A stretch of DNA of 64,000 bases, from positions 960,001-1,024,000 of the forward strand of contig CAVOGR010000001.1 of the NCBI GenBank assembly GCA_963695555.1, read 5' to 3'. Position numbers and translations under genes: made by a program. The stretch's first letter is position 1. Each line of letters starts with the position of its first letter. The DNA comes from an uncultured Gemmatimonadales bacterium (GTDB lineage: Bacteria; Gemmatimonadota; Gemmatimonadetes; Gemmatimonadales; GWC2-71-9). Shown here one piece after another: positions 1-8,914 of this stretch. The notes under the pieces are model-generated. The model searched no databases. It was not told where the DNA came from and worked only from the letters and a program-made list of their open reading frames with translations.

Positions 1-1146
1 GAGCTGCCGGGGATCAAACGGCGTCTGATCCAAGAAGGAAGGGACGTGATCGATTTGGGCGCCGGCGACAACGACATGCCGCCGCCCGCCGAGGTCGTGG
101 CAGCGATGCAGGAGGCCGTCACCGACCCCGCCATGAGCAAGTATGGATTCCAGCAAGGCCTGCCCGAGTTTCGCCAGTCGGCCGTCCGATATCTCGAGCG
201 GCGCTTTGGGGTCGCGATCGATCCGGTCGCGGAGCTCCTGCCCATGATCGGCTCCAAGGAGGGAATTGCCCACCTGCCGTTCGGCCTCGTCGAGCCGGGC
301 GACGTCGCCGTCATTCCCGAGCCCGGGTATCAGGCCTACCTGGGTGGGGCGGTGCTGGCGGGTGCCGAGCCCTACGTCGTGCCGCTTCGGGCGGAGAACG
401 GTTTCCTGCTCGAACTCGACACGCTGCCCACGGACGTGCTCCAGCGAGCGGCCATCGCGTATCTCAACTACCCCAACAACCCGACTGCGGCCGTCGCGCC
501 GCGTGAGTACCTCGAGCGGGCGGTCGCCACCTGTCGCCGGTACGACATCGCGCTGGTGTATGACAACGCCTACTGCGACCTCACCTTCGACGGCTATGAG
601 GCGCCGTGCATGCTTGGGCTGCCGGGTGCGCGGGACGTGGCCGTGGAGTACTTCAGCCTGTCCAAGAGCTTCTCGATGACGGGCTGGCGGATCGGGTTTG
701 TGGCCGGCAATCGCGACCTGATCGCGTGTCTCACCAAGGTGAAGACCTATGTCGACACGGGGCCGTTCCTCGCCATCCAGCGCGCCGGCTCGGTGGCACT
801 CGACCATGCGGAGCGGTTCGTCGAACCCGTGGTGCGCACCCTCGCCGAGCGGCGGGACGCAGCGGTCGACAGCCTGCGGGCGGCCGGGTTCGCGGTCGAC
901 CCGCCGCGTGCGACCATGTACCTGTGGATCGCGTTGCCTGCGGGAGTCCGATCCTCCGAATTTGCGCGCGTGGCGCTCGAGGAGTGCGACGTCTTGGTAT
1001 TACCGGGGAGTGGATTCGGGCCGGCGGGTGAGGGGTTCTTCCGGATCGCACTCACGGTGAGTCTTGCGCGGCTGGCCGAAGCAAGTCAGCGTTTGGGACG
1101 GGCCCTGGACCGGGTGCGAGGCGGAGCGGTTGAAACCCGCAACTGA
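1..1146 (+). CDS. Class I/II PLP aminotransferase, LL-diaminopimelate aminotransferase-like (5' truncated)
   Basis: Frame open from base 1 (ELPGIKRRLIQEGRDVIDLG); motifs GSKEG, NYPNNPT, YDNAY, SLSKSFSMTGWRIG (PLP lysine). Confidence 0.85.
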   Translation, partial: ELPGIKRRLIQEGRDVIDLGAGDNDMPPPAEVVAAMQEAVTDPAMSKYGFQQGLPEFRQSAVRYLERRFGVAIDPVAELLPMIGSKEGIAHLPFGLVEPGDVAVIPEPGYQAYLGGAVLAGAEPYVVPLRAENGFLLELDTLPTDVLQRAAIAYLNYPNNPTAAVAPREYLERAVATCRRYDIALVYDNAYCDLTFDGYEAPCMLGLPGARDVAVEYFSLSKSFSMTGWRIGFVAGNRDLIACLTKVKTYVDTGPFLAIQRAGSVALDHAERFVEPVVRTLAERRDAAVDSLRAAGFAVDPPRATMYLWIALPAGVRSSEFARVALEECDVLVLPGSGFGPAGEGFFRIALTVSLARLAEASQRLGRALDRVRGGAVETRN

Positions 1147-1153
1147 CTTGTGG

Positions 1154-1975
1154 ATGCCGCGATCGCGGCGCTGGTCGCCTTGGGCCATCGGCCTGAGTGT
1201 GGCGATCCACGTCGCGTTCATTCTCGTCTTCCGGGCCGAGGGCCACCTGCCCCACATCGCGCGCAGGCCCAGTCCCGACATCATCGTGCTCTCCCCGCCG
1301 GAGGCGGAGCGACGCGAAGTGCTCATGCCGTTTGGCGGAGCCCCAGCGGTCCCGCCTGCCGCGGGCCGGCCGGCGGTGCGCGTGGCCATTCCGGCGGAAA
1401 TATCCGAGCCCGACACCGTCGCCTACGATTTCCCGCCGGTGACCGTGACCGAGACGAGCCCCTACCGCCGTACCATCGGACGCATCGCTCCGAGGCTGGC
1501 CGGAGGCGGGCTCTGGGTCCGCCCGCTCCCGCTGCCACCGCAGGAACTGGCCCAGCGGATTACCCGCTCGCATGAAGAACTGGTCGACAGCGCGGTCACG
1601 GCCATCGTGCAGGCCTTTCTGGATTCGGTGACACCCGTGCCCGGTTCGGTGGTGGCGTCACTCCCGAAGTGGACCACCGAGATTGGCGGCAAGAAATTCG
1701 GCATCGACGGGAGCAACATCTACATCGCAGGACTCAAGATTCCCACTGCCGTGCTCGCGCTCTTGCCGCTCCAGGGCGGCAACATCGATCAGTCGCGCCG
1801 CTACAACGACCTGATGGACATGCGGTCGGATATCTACAACGCCGCTCGACGCGCGGATAATCTCGAGGAGTTCAAGCAGGTGATCGAGGAGATTCGCGAG
1901 CGGAAGGAGCGTGAGAAGGAGTTCGAGCGGAACCAACGCACGGCCCCGCCGCCGGAAGAACCTCCGGTTCCGTAA
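1154..1975 (+). CDS. Hypothetical membrane-anchored protein
   Basis: ATG 7 nt after upstream stop; N-terminal TM (AIGLSVAIHVAFILVF), Pro-rich linker, charged helical C-terminus. Confidence 0.65.
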   Translation: MPRSRRWSPWAIGLSVAIHVAFILVFRAEGHLPHIARRPSPDIIVLSPPEAERREVLMPFGGAPAVPPAAGRPAVRVAIPAEISEPDTVAYDFPPVTVTETSPYRRTIGRIAPRLAGGGLWVRPLPLPPQELAQRITRSHEELVDSAVTAIVQAFLDSVTPVPGSVVASLPKWTTEIGGKKFGIDGSNIYIAGLKIPTAVLALLPLQGGNIDQSRRYNDLMDMRSDIYNAARRADNLEEFKQVIEEIRERKEREKEFERNQRTAPPPEEPPVP

Positions 1976-1984
1976 CCGACCGGC

Positions 1985-3331
1985 CTACTTGGCCTCGGGC
2001 GGCGGCAGGATCTCGCCACCGTCGCCGATCCTCGCCGCCGTCGCCCCGAAGTCCTCGGTCGAGAGGCGCCGCACCAGGGCGATGGCCCGGCCGGCGGGGT
2101 CGGTGCGCGGTCCGGCCCGGGGTACCTGGTACAGCGGCTGGAGCCGGGCGGATCGGAAGGCGCCGTCGGACCCCAATTCCAAATCCAAGATGGCCGTGAT
2201 GCCCAGGGGTCCCGACAGATTGAACCCCCGGTAGGTGGCGAAGTTGCCCAAGGAGTACGCGATCGGGCGGCCCCGATAGAATTCGATCCCACGGAGCACA
2301 TGCGGGCCGTGCCCGATTACGGCATCGGCCCCGGCATCCACCACCGCGCGCGCCCACCTTCGGAGATCGCCGCGCGGCTCGCGTCCCAGAAACTCGGGAC
2401 CGTCCGGCGTGTGCACGGCGTCGGCTCCCTCGCTCCCGCCGTGGAAGGTGACGATCAGCACGTCCACCAGCGGTCGCACGCTCGCGACCAGGCCTTCGCT
2501 CGCCGTGACGTCGAGCAGGTTGTACGAATGGGGATAGGTCGCGAAGCCGATGAGCCCGACCACGGTGATACTGTCCGCCCGGTAGAGCGTGTCGATGCTC
2601 AGGCGCTCCAGGGGGCCGTAGGTCCGAATGCCGAGCGCTTCCAACGAACGCTCGGCCATGCTCCGGCCTTCGGATCCCATGTCGTTGGCATGGTTGTTGG
2701 CCAAATTGAGGTGGGTAAACCCGGCCTCGGCCAGGCGCGGCAGCAAGTGCGTCGGAGCCACGAAGGCGTAGCATTGCTGCCGGATGGTTCCATCGTCCCT
2801 CCGGCACTTGGATGGTGAGCCGGTGTCTCCCACGGCGCTCTCGAAGTTGCCGACCACCATGTCTCCAGTCAGCAGTGGCACCACCGCGGCTAAGAGCCCA
2901 CGCCCGCTGTCCGCAGGAACCCCGTCCGGCAGCGTCGTCGTGCCGAGGCTGATGTCCCCAACGAAGCTCAAACGAACCGGTGCCTCCGCCTTGGGCGGCG
3001 ACCGGTCCATCGGGACCGCGAGCGGATCGCCCAGGCGGGCCGAGTCGATCGATGGCTTCATGGGGGCATCGCTGGGGATTGCGACGTCGGGACGATCGAG
3101 CCGCGCGGAATCGATGGAGGGCTCAGGCGTCGAGTCCCTCGGGATGGTAACCGGCCCGATCATCGGACCCGGATCGATGTTGGGTTTGATCGGTGGCGTC
3201 GGCGCCTCCGGTTGCTCGACTTCCGCCGGTGGCGGCTCGGGCTCGGGAAGGGCCTCCGGGGCAGGGCGGGCGCACGCCGCGGCCGTCACCAGCAGCCAGA
3301 GCCCGGCCGACGCCCGGAGGTCGTTACGCAT
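1985..3331 (-). CDS. CapA/PGA_cap family metallophosphoesterase-like lipoprotein
   Basis: Motifs VGDI, GNFE, LANNHAND, FHGG, GHGPHV, YSLGNF; lipobox-like TAAAC; start overlaps gltX stop. Confidence 0.85.
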   Translation of the reverse strand: MRNDLRASAGLWLLVTAAACARPAPEALPEPEPPPAEVEQPEAPTPPIKPNIDPGPMIGPVTIPRDSTPEPSIDSARLDRPDVAIPSDAPMKPSIDSARLGDPLAVPMDRSPPKAEAPVRLSFVGDISLGTTTLPDGVPADSGRGLLAAVVPLLTGDMVVGNFESAVGDTGSPSKCRRDDGTIRQQCYAFVAPTHLLPRLAEAGFTHLNLANNHANDMGSEGRSMAERSLEALGIRTYGPLERLSIDTLYRADSITVVGLIGFATYPHSYNLLDVTASEGLVASVRPLVDVLIVTFHGGSEGADAVHTPDGPEFLGREPRGDLRRWARAVVDAGADAVIGHGPHVLRGIEFYRGRPIAYSLGNFATYRGFNLSGPLGITAILDLELGSDGAFRSARLQPLYQVPRAGPRTDPAGRAIALVRRLSTEDFGATAARIGDGGEILPPPEAK

Positions 3332-4754
3332 CAGTACTCCTCTTCGCAGCGTTCCGAAGACGCTCGAGGCTCGAATCGCGCCCCACCACGTACAGCAGAT
3401 CATTGACTGGCTCCGATACGGTCGATCCGGTGAGGGCAACCCGAATCGGTTGCATGACGTCTCCGAGCGTGAGCTCATTTGACTCGGCGACCCGTCGCAA
3501 GGTGTCGATGAGGTGTTCCGGCGTCCACTCGGCGGCGGATAGCTCCTGGAGCGCGGCGACGGCCAACCCAAGATTCGCGTCGAAGGCCGGGCCCATCTTG
3601 CCTTTGAGTTTCTCGGCCTTTTGGTCCGGCACGACCCGGCTCGGGTCCAGCCGGATGGCTATCTGCTCGGCCAGGTGCACCACCGTTCGGCTCCGCGTCT
3701 TCACGGCGTCGATCAATGGTAGCACGTCCGCGATGTCGGGCAGCTGCATACGCCCGAGCTCGCGCCGCACCGGTCCGACCAACTCCTCCGCGGGAAGCAT
3801 GGACAAGTATTGGCCGTTCATCCATTCCAGCTTGGTTGTGTCGAACACGGCCGGTTTCTTCTGAATGGACTCGAGCGAGAAGGCGTCGATCATCTCCCGT
3901 TCAGTGAGGATCTCCCGGTCGTCGCCCGGGGACCAGCCGAGCAGGGCGAGGAAGTTCCGCATGGCCTCCGGAAGGATCCCATGGTCCTGGTAGTCTCCGA
4001 CGGCGGTGGCACCGTGCCGCTTCGAGAGTTTCTTGCCGTCCGTGCCCAGGATCATGGGCACATGCGCAAACACCGGCGGCTCCCGGCCGAGTGCCCGGTA
4101 GAGCGCGATCTGTTTCGGGGTGTTGGAGATGTGATCGGCGCCACGGATAACGTGGGTGATCCCCATGTCGAGGTCGTCCGAGACCACGGCCAGGTTGTAG
4201 ATGGGAGATCCATCACTTCGAAGGATGACCAAATCGTCGAGGTCGCGTCCGTGAAAGCTGATCCGGCCGTGCACGGTATCGTCCCACGCCAGCTCCTCCT
4301 TCGGCATGAGAAACCGGATGGCGAACGGCGTGCCGGCGTCGATCTTGGCAGCGATCTCGGCATCGGACAAGGCATGGCAGCGGCGATCGTACGTGAATGG
4401 GGCCTTCTGCCGATCGGCTTTCTGCCTCTGCTCCGCCAGCTCGACCACCGAGCAGAAGCACCGATAGGCCTTCCCCTCGGTCAGGAGCTGGTGGGCGCGG
4501 GCTCGCTGCTGGTCGGAATAGTCGGCCTGGAAGAAGGGCCCCTCCTCCCACGTGACGCCGAGCCAAACGAGCCCGTCATGAATGACCTTGGTGTGCTCGT
4601 CGCTGCTTCGCGTCCGATCGGTGTCCTCGATGCGGAGGATGAAGGTGCCGCCGGTTTGCCGGACGAATAGCCAGTTGAACAACGCAGTACGCGCCCCGCC
4701 GACGTGGAGGTAGCCGGTGGGGGACGGTGCGAACCGGACGCGGGGTGCGGACAT
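3324..4754 (-). CDS. gltX: Glutamate--tRNA ligase
   Basis: RVRFAPSPTGYLHVGG (HIGH-like), LRIEDTD, KLSKR (KMSKS-like), anticodon-binding domain. Confidence 0.95.
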   Translation of the reverse strand: MSAPRVRFAPSPTGYLHVGGARTALFNWLFVRQTGGTFILRIEDTDRTRSSDEHTKVIHDGLVWLGVTWEEGPFFQADYSDQQRARAHQLLTEGKAYRCFCSVVELAEQRQKADRQKAPFTYDRRCHALSDAEIAAKIDAGTPFAIRFLMPKEELAWDDTVHGRISFHGRDLDDLVILRSDGSPIYNLAVVSDDLDMGITHVIRGADHISNTPKQIALYRALGREPPVFAHVPMILGTDGKKLSKRHGATAVGDYQDHGILPEAMRNFLALLGWSPGDDREILTEREMIDAFSLESIQKKPAVFDTTKLEWMNGQYLSMLPAEELVGPVRRELGRMQLPDIADVLPLIDAVKTRSRTVVHLAEQIAIRLDPSRVVPDQKAEKLKGKMGPAFDANLGLAVAALQELSAAEWTPEHLIDTLRRVAESNELTLGDVMQPIRVALTGSTVSEPVNDLLYVVGRDSSLERLRNAAKRSTDA

Positions 4755-4829
4755 GGATGGACGAATTTGGGAAGACCGGTGGCGGGAAAGGGTACGGTCC
4801 CGAGGGCCGGCTGGCACGTCGGGCGGAAA

Positions 4830-4919
4830 CGGAGCGGGAGGGATTCGAACCCTCGATAGGGGGATAAGCCCTATGCCGGTTTAGCAAACCGGTGCCTTCA
4901 GCCTCTCGGCCACCGCTCC
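4830..4919 (-). tRNA. tRNA-Ser(GCT)
   Basis: Reverse complement folds as cloverleaf: acceptor GGAGCGG/CCGCTCC, anticodon arm CCGGT-TTGCTAA-ACCGG, long variable arm, GTTCGAATC T-loop; CCA not encoded. Confidence 0.95.
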
Positions 4920-5002
4920 TCGGGACGTGGAAAGTGATCGCCCGGCCCGACCGGGGCAAGGTCTCTTGACCCAGCGTCATCGGTACCAATCACCCACCCT
5001 GT

Positions 5003-5036
5003 CACCAGGGCCGGCACTGCTGTGCCGGCCCTGGTG
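5003..5036. terminator. Perfect 15-bp hairpin downstream of the DUF4097-like gene
   Basis: CACCAGGGCCGGCAC-TGCT-GTGCCGGCCCTGGTG; no clear U-tract. Confidence 0.5.
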
Positions 5037-5066
5037 GATGCACGCGGGATGAACCGCCTTCGGGAC

Positions 5067-5870
5067 CTACCGTCGCTCGATGTGGACCCCGCCGTTGGTT
5101 GTCATCGCTCGGATCGGCGGGCCGCCGTCACCCAGCGTCACGGACAAGCGCTTCGTAAGCCGGCCCTGAACCATGACAGGGAAGTCGATCTCCAGCCCAC
5201 CGTTGGTGGTGCCGGTTTCCAGTCGGGCCGAGTAGCCGTCGGGCATTGTAAGGGAAACGCCGCCATTCCTGGTCTGGGCGTCCAACCCGGCGCCCTGCCA
5301 CCGCGAGCCGCTGAGCTCAATGTGGAGCCCTCCATTGGTCGTACGAGCGCGAACATCACCGCCGAGATTCCTGAGGTGGACACCGCCGTTTACCGTGGCG
5401 AGTGCCATCTTGCCGCGAACATCGCTCACCTCGACTCCGCCGTTCGTGGTTTCGAGGTCCAAGTCCTGACTGCGGGGTAGGTAGATCTCGTAACTCGCGG
5501 ACCAGTTTTCGTTGCGGCCGGTGGAGGGTCCCTTGGCGCGGATCGAGCCGCGGTCGGCCTCGATGCGGACCTCTGACGCAACCGCCCGGGCGCGCTCGTC
5601 GGTTCTCGCGTGGCCAACGACCACCACCCGAACGGCGATTTGGTCTCGGTCCCACCCCGAGACCTGGATTCCTCCGTTGGGACCCGCATCGACCTCGAGG
5701 CTGCCGGTCGGTGAGAGCGTCAGGTCCTTGACCAGACAATGCCGGCCCCGGTCGGCATTCCGCTCACGGCCCTCGCAGCTGGTTTGCCAATCTTGAGCGG
5801 TGGCTGGGGAAACCATGAGGGCGAGGAGTACTGCGATTGAGAGGCATGGAAGCACGTCATGTGACCGCAT
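5067..5870 (-). CDS. DUF4097/adhesin-like beta-strand repeat secreted protein
   Basis: Repeated TxNGG motifs, signal peptide, GGAGG RBS before ATG 5870. Confidence 0.8.
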   Translation of the reverse strand: MRSHDVLPCLSIAVLLALMVSPATAQDWQTSCEGRERNADRGRHCLVKDLTLSPTGSLEVDAGPNGGIQVSGWDRDQIAVRVVVVGHARTDERARAVASEVRIEADRGSIRAKGPSTGRNENWSASYEIYLPRSQDLDLETTNGGVEVSDVRGKMALATVNGGVHLRNLGGDVRARTTNGGLHIELSGSRWQGAGLDAQTRNGGVSLTMPDGYSARLETGTTNGGLEIDFPVMVQGRLTKRLSVTLGDGGPPIRAMTTNGGVHIERR

Positions 5871-5962
5871 GGGGACCGACCTCCGGGTCGAGAGAGCCAA
5901 CGAGGGCATCAGAGGGTTAGATGCCCCGGAGTGCCCGAGGGTTGTCATCGTGCGACGAGCGG

Positions 5963-6625
5963 TTAGTCGAAGATGTGGTGGGTCACGGCGTAGTGGATCA
6001 GCCCCGGGGTGGTGCTCACGCCCAGGATCTTCTTGATGCGCCTGCGATGGAACTCGATGGCCTTGACGGTCAATTCAAGCGCCTCAGCCGTCTCGGCAAT
6101 GGTAGAACCGAGGACCAGGTGATGGAGGACTTCCAGCTGCCGTTCGGTGAGACGAAGCCAGGGCTTCATCCGCACCTCCCCACCGGTCGTTTGCTGCATG
6201 TCGCTGCCGGGCGAATACGCCTTGAGTTTGTCCGCCATGGCCGGGTCCATGAAGGTCTCGCCCTCGAGCGCCTTCTCAATGGCCGTCAAAAGCACCTCGC
6301 GCGGCGAATGCTTGAGCACGAACCCTGCAGCCGAGGCGCGCATGGCCTCGAGAGCGAACAGGGCCTCATCGTGCATGGTGAGGATGATGACCTTGGTGGG
6401 AGACCCGAGCTTCTTCATGCGCCGGGCCACGTCGATGCCGCTCTGTCCGGGCATGGACACGTCCACCAGGGCCAGGTCGGGCTTCAGGCGTTCGATCTCG
6501 TCCAGCACCTGCGAGCCTTCGTGTACCATGGCGACGACGCGGTAGGTGGGCTCGAGCGCGCCGACCAAGCCTTCGCAGAACATCTTGTGGTCGTCGGCCA
6601 CCAGGACTCGAGGGTGGTAGATCAT
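5963..6625 (-). CDS. NarL/LuxR-family response regulator
   Basis: Receiver motifs ADDH, LVDVSMPG, LTMH, VLKH; C-terminal HTH LTERQLEVL...TVKAIEFHRRRI. Confidence 0.93.
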   Translation of the reverse strand: MIYHPRVLVADDHKMFCEGLVGALEPTYRVVAMVHEGSQVLDEIERLKPDLALVDVSMPGQSGIDVARRMKKLGSPTKVIILTMHDEALFALEAMRASAAGFVLKHSPREVLLTAIEKALEGETFMDPAMADKLKAYSPGSDMQQTTGGEVRMKPWLRLTERQLEVLHHLVLGSTIAETAEALELTVKAIEFHRRRIKKILGVSTTPGLIHYAVTHHIFD

Positions 6626-7398
6626 GGCCGCCTCTGAAGCGGCACCCAGGCCTCGACCCGGGTGCCCCGGTCGCGAGCCGGCATGACAGAAACCTGCCCG
6701 TTCACCAGGCGCGCCCGTTCCTTCATGCTGGTGATGCCGAGCCCGCCGGCACCCCGCTCCCAGTCCTCCGGCAGACCCCGTCCCTGGTCTTCCACCACGA
6801 GCCGAATACCCCCGTCCTGTTCCGTCATGGACAGGGAAGCGCGGTTGACCTGGGCGTGTTGGGCCACGTTCCGCAATGCCTCCTGGGCGATGCGGTAGAG
6901 ACTGGTGGTGAGAGCCTTGGGGAGGACGGTGGTCTTGTGTTTCATGTCGATGTTCACGTCCAGCTGGACGCCATCGGTACCGGTCATGTCCTGCGCCAAG
7001 GCCTCGAGCGCGGCTTCGAGCCCGAGATGGTCGAGCACGGCCGGGTGCATCCGCTGGGCGATGTTCCGGATGTCGTCGGCCAGATCGGCGACTTCTTCGC
7101 GGAGTTGGCCCACCCATCGGGCATAGGCCTCACGGTTCGGCGGGGGTGCCGTCCGCTTGCCGTCCAGTTCGCCGAGCAGCACGGCCACCCGCTGGAGCAC
7201 GTCGTCGTGGATTTCGCGGGCCACGAGGGCGCGTTCCTCCTCTTGGGCGGCGAGGAGGCGGTCGCTGAAGGCACGGACCGACGCCATATGCCGTCGCTGC
7301 TGCAGCATGACGGCGATGACGAACGCTACGACGACGATCGTAACGGTGCCGGCGGCGGCGAGATAGACCCACCAAATCTCAGGTACGACCGTCCGCAC
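6622..7398 (-). CDS. HisKA_3 sensor histidine kinase with a single TM and no sensor domain
   Basis: EEERALVAREIHDD H-box, QEALRNVAQHA N-box, DQGRG, GLGITSMKER; probable GTG start at 7398; 4-nt overlap with regulator. Confidence 0.88.
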   Translation of the reverse strand: MRTVVPEIWWVYLAAAGTVTIVVVAFVIAVMLQQRRHMASVRAFSDRLLAAQEEERALVAREIHDDVLQRVAVLLGELDGKRTAPPPNREAYARWVGQLREEVADLADDIRNIAQRMHPAVLDHLGLEAALEALAQDMTGTDGVQLDVNIDMKHKTTVLPKALTTSLYRIAQEALRNVAQHAQVNRASLSMTEQDGGIRLVVEDQGRGLPEDWERGAGGLGITSMKERARLVNGQVSVMPARDRGTRVEAWVPLQRRP

Positions 7399-8016
7399 AG
7401 AACCCCCAGGGTCAAGAGTGCGTATGCCAGGATATTGATGGCGGCCTTCACGTAGAACGTCGCCCGCAGAATACTCCATGGAGTTCGAGGCGAGGAGCAT
7501 GTCACTCACGGGATCCAGCACCACCCCGCTCCCGAAGTAGAGCAGCCACCCGATGCTGATCCAAAACCACGGGGCGGCCGCGGGGGTGCTGGACTTCCTG
7601 AGCCGGGTCACCAGGGTGTAGGCCGCGGCCACCAGGATGACGAGGGCCTGGAGCGGGGCGGTGAACCGGCTGAACTGCGACGAGATCCTCGACGCAACCC
7701 CGTCATGACGAGCCAGGCCACCACGTAGAGCCCCGCGGCGATGCGCATGGCATCCCGCGGGACGACTGCGGAGCTGCAGGTAGGAGAAGCTCCACAGGAT
7801 GAGCGCCGTGATCACCGGCAAGGCCGCGTGGATGATCCAGAGAGTCTGGCTGCCGCGCTTGCCGAGCCATGTCATGACCACGTCCAGCATGAACATGGTC
7901 AGCATGGTGACTGCGGTTAGCATAAGGGCGGCGGTACCGGCCGGCGGACGGCAAATATCGCCGCGAACGCGAGGAACTCGACGCCGAATGACCGCGTAGA
8001 TCAGTGCATCGCCCAC
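7326..8016 (-). CDS. Multi-pass (about 6-7 TM) membrane protein, putative receptor; frameshifted in this sequence
   Basis: Hydrophobic segments alternate between frames (FLAFAAIFAV; LTMFMLDVVM; LPVITALILWSF; IAAGLYVVAWLVM; LQALVILVAAAY; PWFWISIGWLLYFGSG; AAINILAYALLTLGVLC); last frame ends TAG at 7326. Confidence 0.7.
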
Positions 8017-8026
8017 AACTCGAGCC

Positions 8027-8481
8027 CTACTGGCCCAGATTGCCCGAACGCCTGCTACAAAAGGGCGGGCACGGCCTGCCCTTCTCGGCTATGGTCCCGT
8101 CCTCGAGATCGTTGCCCTTGGCTATCGACACCAACCACCACCAACGCCGGTGATCCGTCCGGGTTCATCCCCTGATAGATCCTGAGGCCGGCGACACCCG
8201 ACTCGCTCAGCACTTGGTCGAGCACCGCGCGGTCGAAGTACCCGGCAATGACCGTCCCCGGCGGATTCGCATTCGCGGAAGGCCCGGGTGAGCTCCGCCG
8301 CCTCGGGAGCCGACATGGCATGGAGGGCAACGGCCTCGGCACTCGGCGGCGCCATGCCCGCTTGCTGCGCCGGCTGCTCGGCACGGCAGCCGGCGAATAT
8401 CACGGCCATGCCTGCTACGAGGCCAGGAATAGCGAGCTCGGTGGAGCACTCGCGGTGTCGTGTGGTGAGCAGGTTGAACAT
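8027..8481 (-). CDS. Exported lipoprotein-like protein with C-terminal PCPPFC motif; two frameshifts (~8275, ~8116)
   Basis: GGAGG RBS, lipobox-like FAGC; joined frames read ...EAAELTRAFR/NANPPGTVIAGYFDRAVLDQVLSESGVAGLRIYQG...LVVVGVDSQG/NDLEDGTIAEKGRPCPPFCSRRSGNLGQ*. Confidence 0.72.
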
Positions 8482-8593
8482 TGGACACCTCCGCCGACGA
8501 AATGATGAACTCGTGCGGGTCTCGGTACTGTCGCGACCCAAACTGATGCACGATACCATTCTCAGGCTAATCGGGGAATACGATCGTTGGGCT

Positions 8594-8613
8594 GACTAGG
8601 GTTTTCCCTAGTC
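8594..8613. promoter_or_regulatory. Perfect palindromic operator GACTAGGG-TTTT-CCCTAGTC
   Basis: 8-4-8 inverted repeat 113 bp upstream of the PCPPFC gene; extended -10-like TGGTATCGT on minus strand at 8550-8558. Confidence 0.6.
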
Positions 8614-8692
8614 CTGATTTCGCCCGTTTTCGGCGAAGTTGAGCCAAGGTGACGCGACTGCTGGAGGACGATCGAACTCCTGACACTACGAA

Positions 8693-8780
8693 CGGCGTGG
8701 GTGAGATTCGAACTCACGGTACCCGGTTAGGGTACGGCGGTTTTCAAGACCGCTGCATTCAACCACTCTGCCACCACGCC
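8693..8780 (-). tRNA. tRNA-Ser(TGA)
   Basis: Acceptor GGCGTGG/CCACGCC, anticodon arm GCGGT-CTTGAAA-ACCGC, long variable arm, GTTCGAATC. Confidence 0.95.
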
Positions 8781-8914
8781 CTGACGTGGAAGGTAGCGAG
8801 CGGCCCGGGGCGGATACAAGCGAATAACCGGTTGGCGGCCTTGTCCCTCCCCGTCATTCGGCCGTATCTTGCCGCGCCGTGAAGCCCGGCCTTCCTCGCT
8901 CCGTATGGTCTGCC

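Noticed and set aside
6622..8016. Single 464-aa membrane kinase as given by the ORF track
   Set aside because: Hydrophobic segments switch frame, and the membrane protein has its own stop at 7326; the fusion results from frameshifts.
8693..8780. tRNA-Sec, given selA in the window
   Set aside because: The anticodon is TGA (reads UCA, Ser), not TCA, and the acceptor stem is a normal 7 bp.
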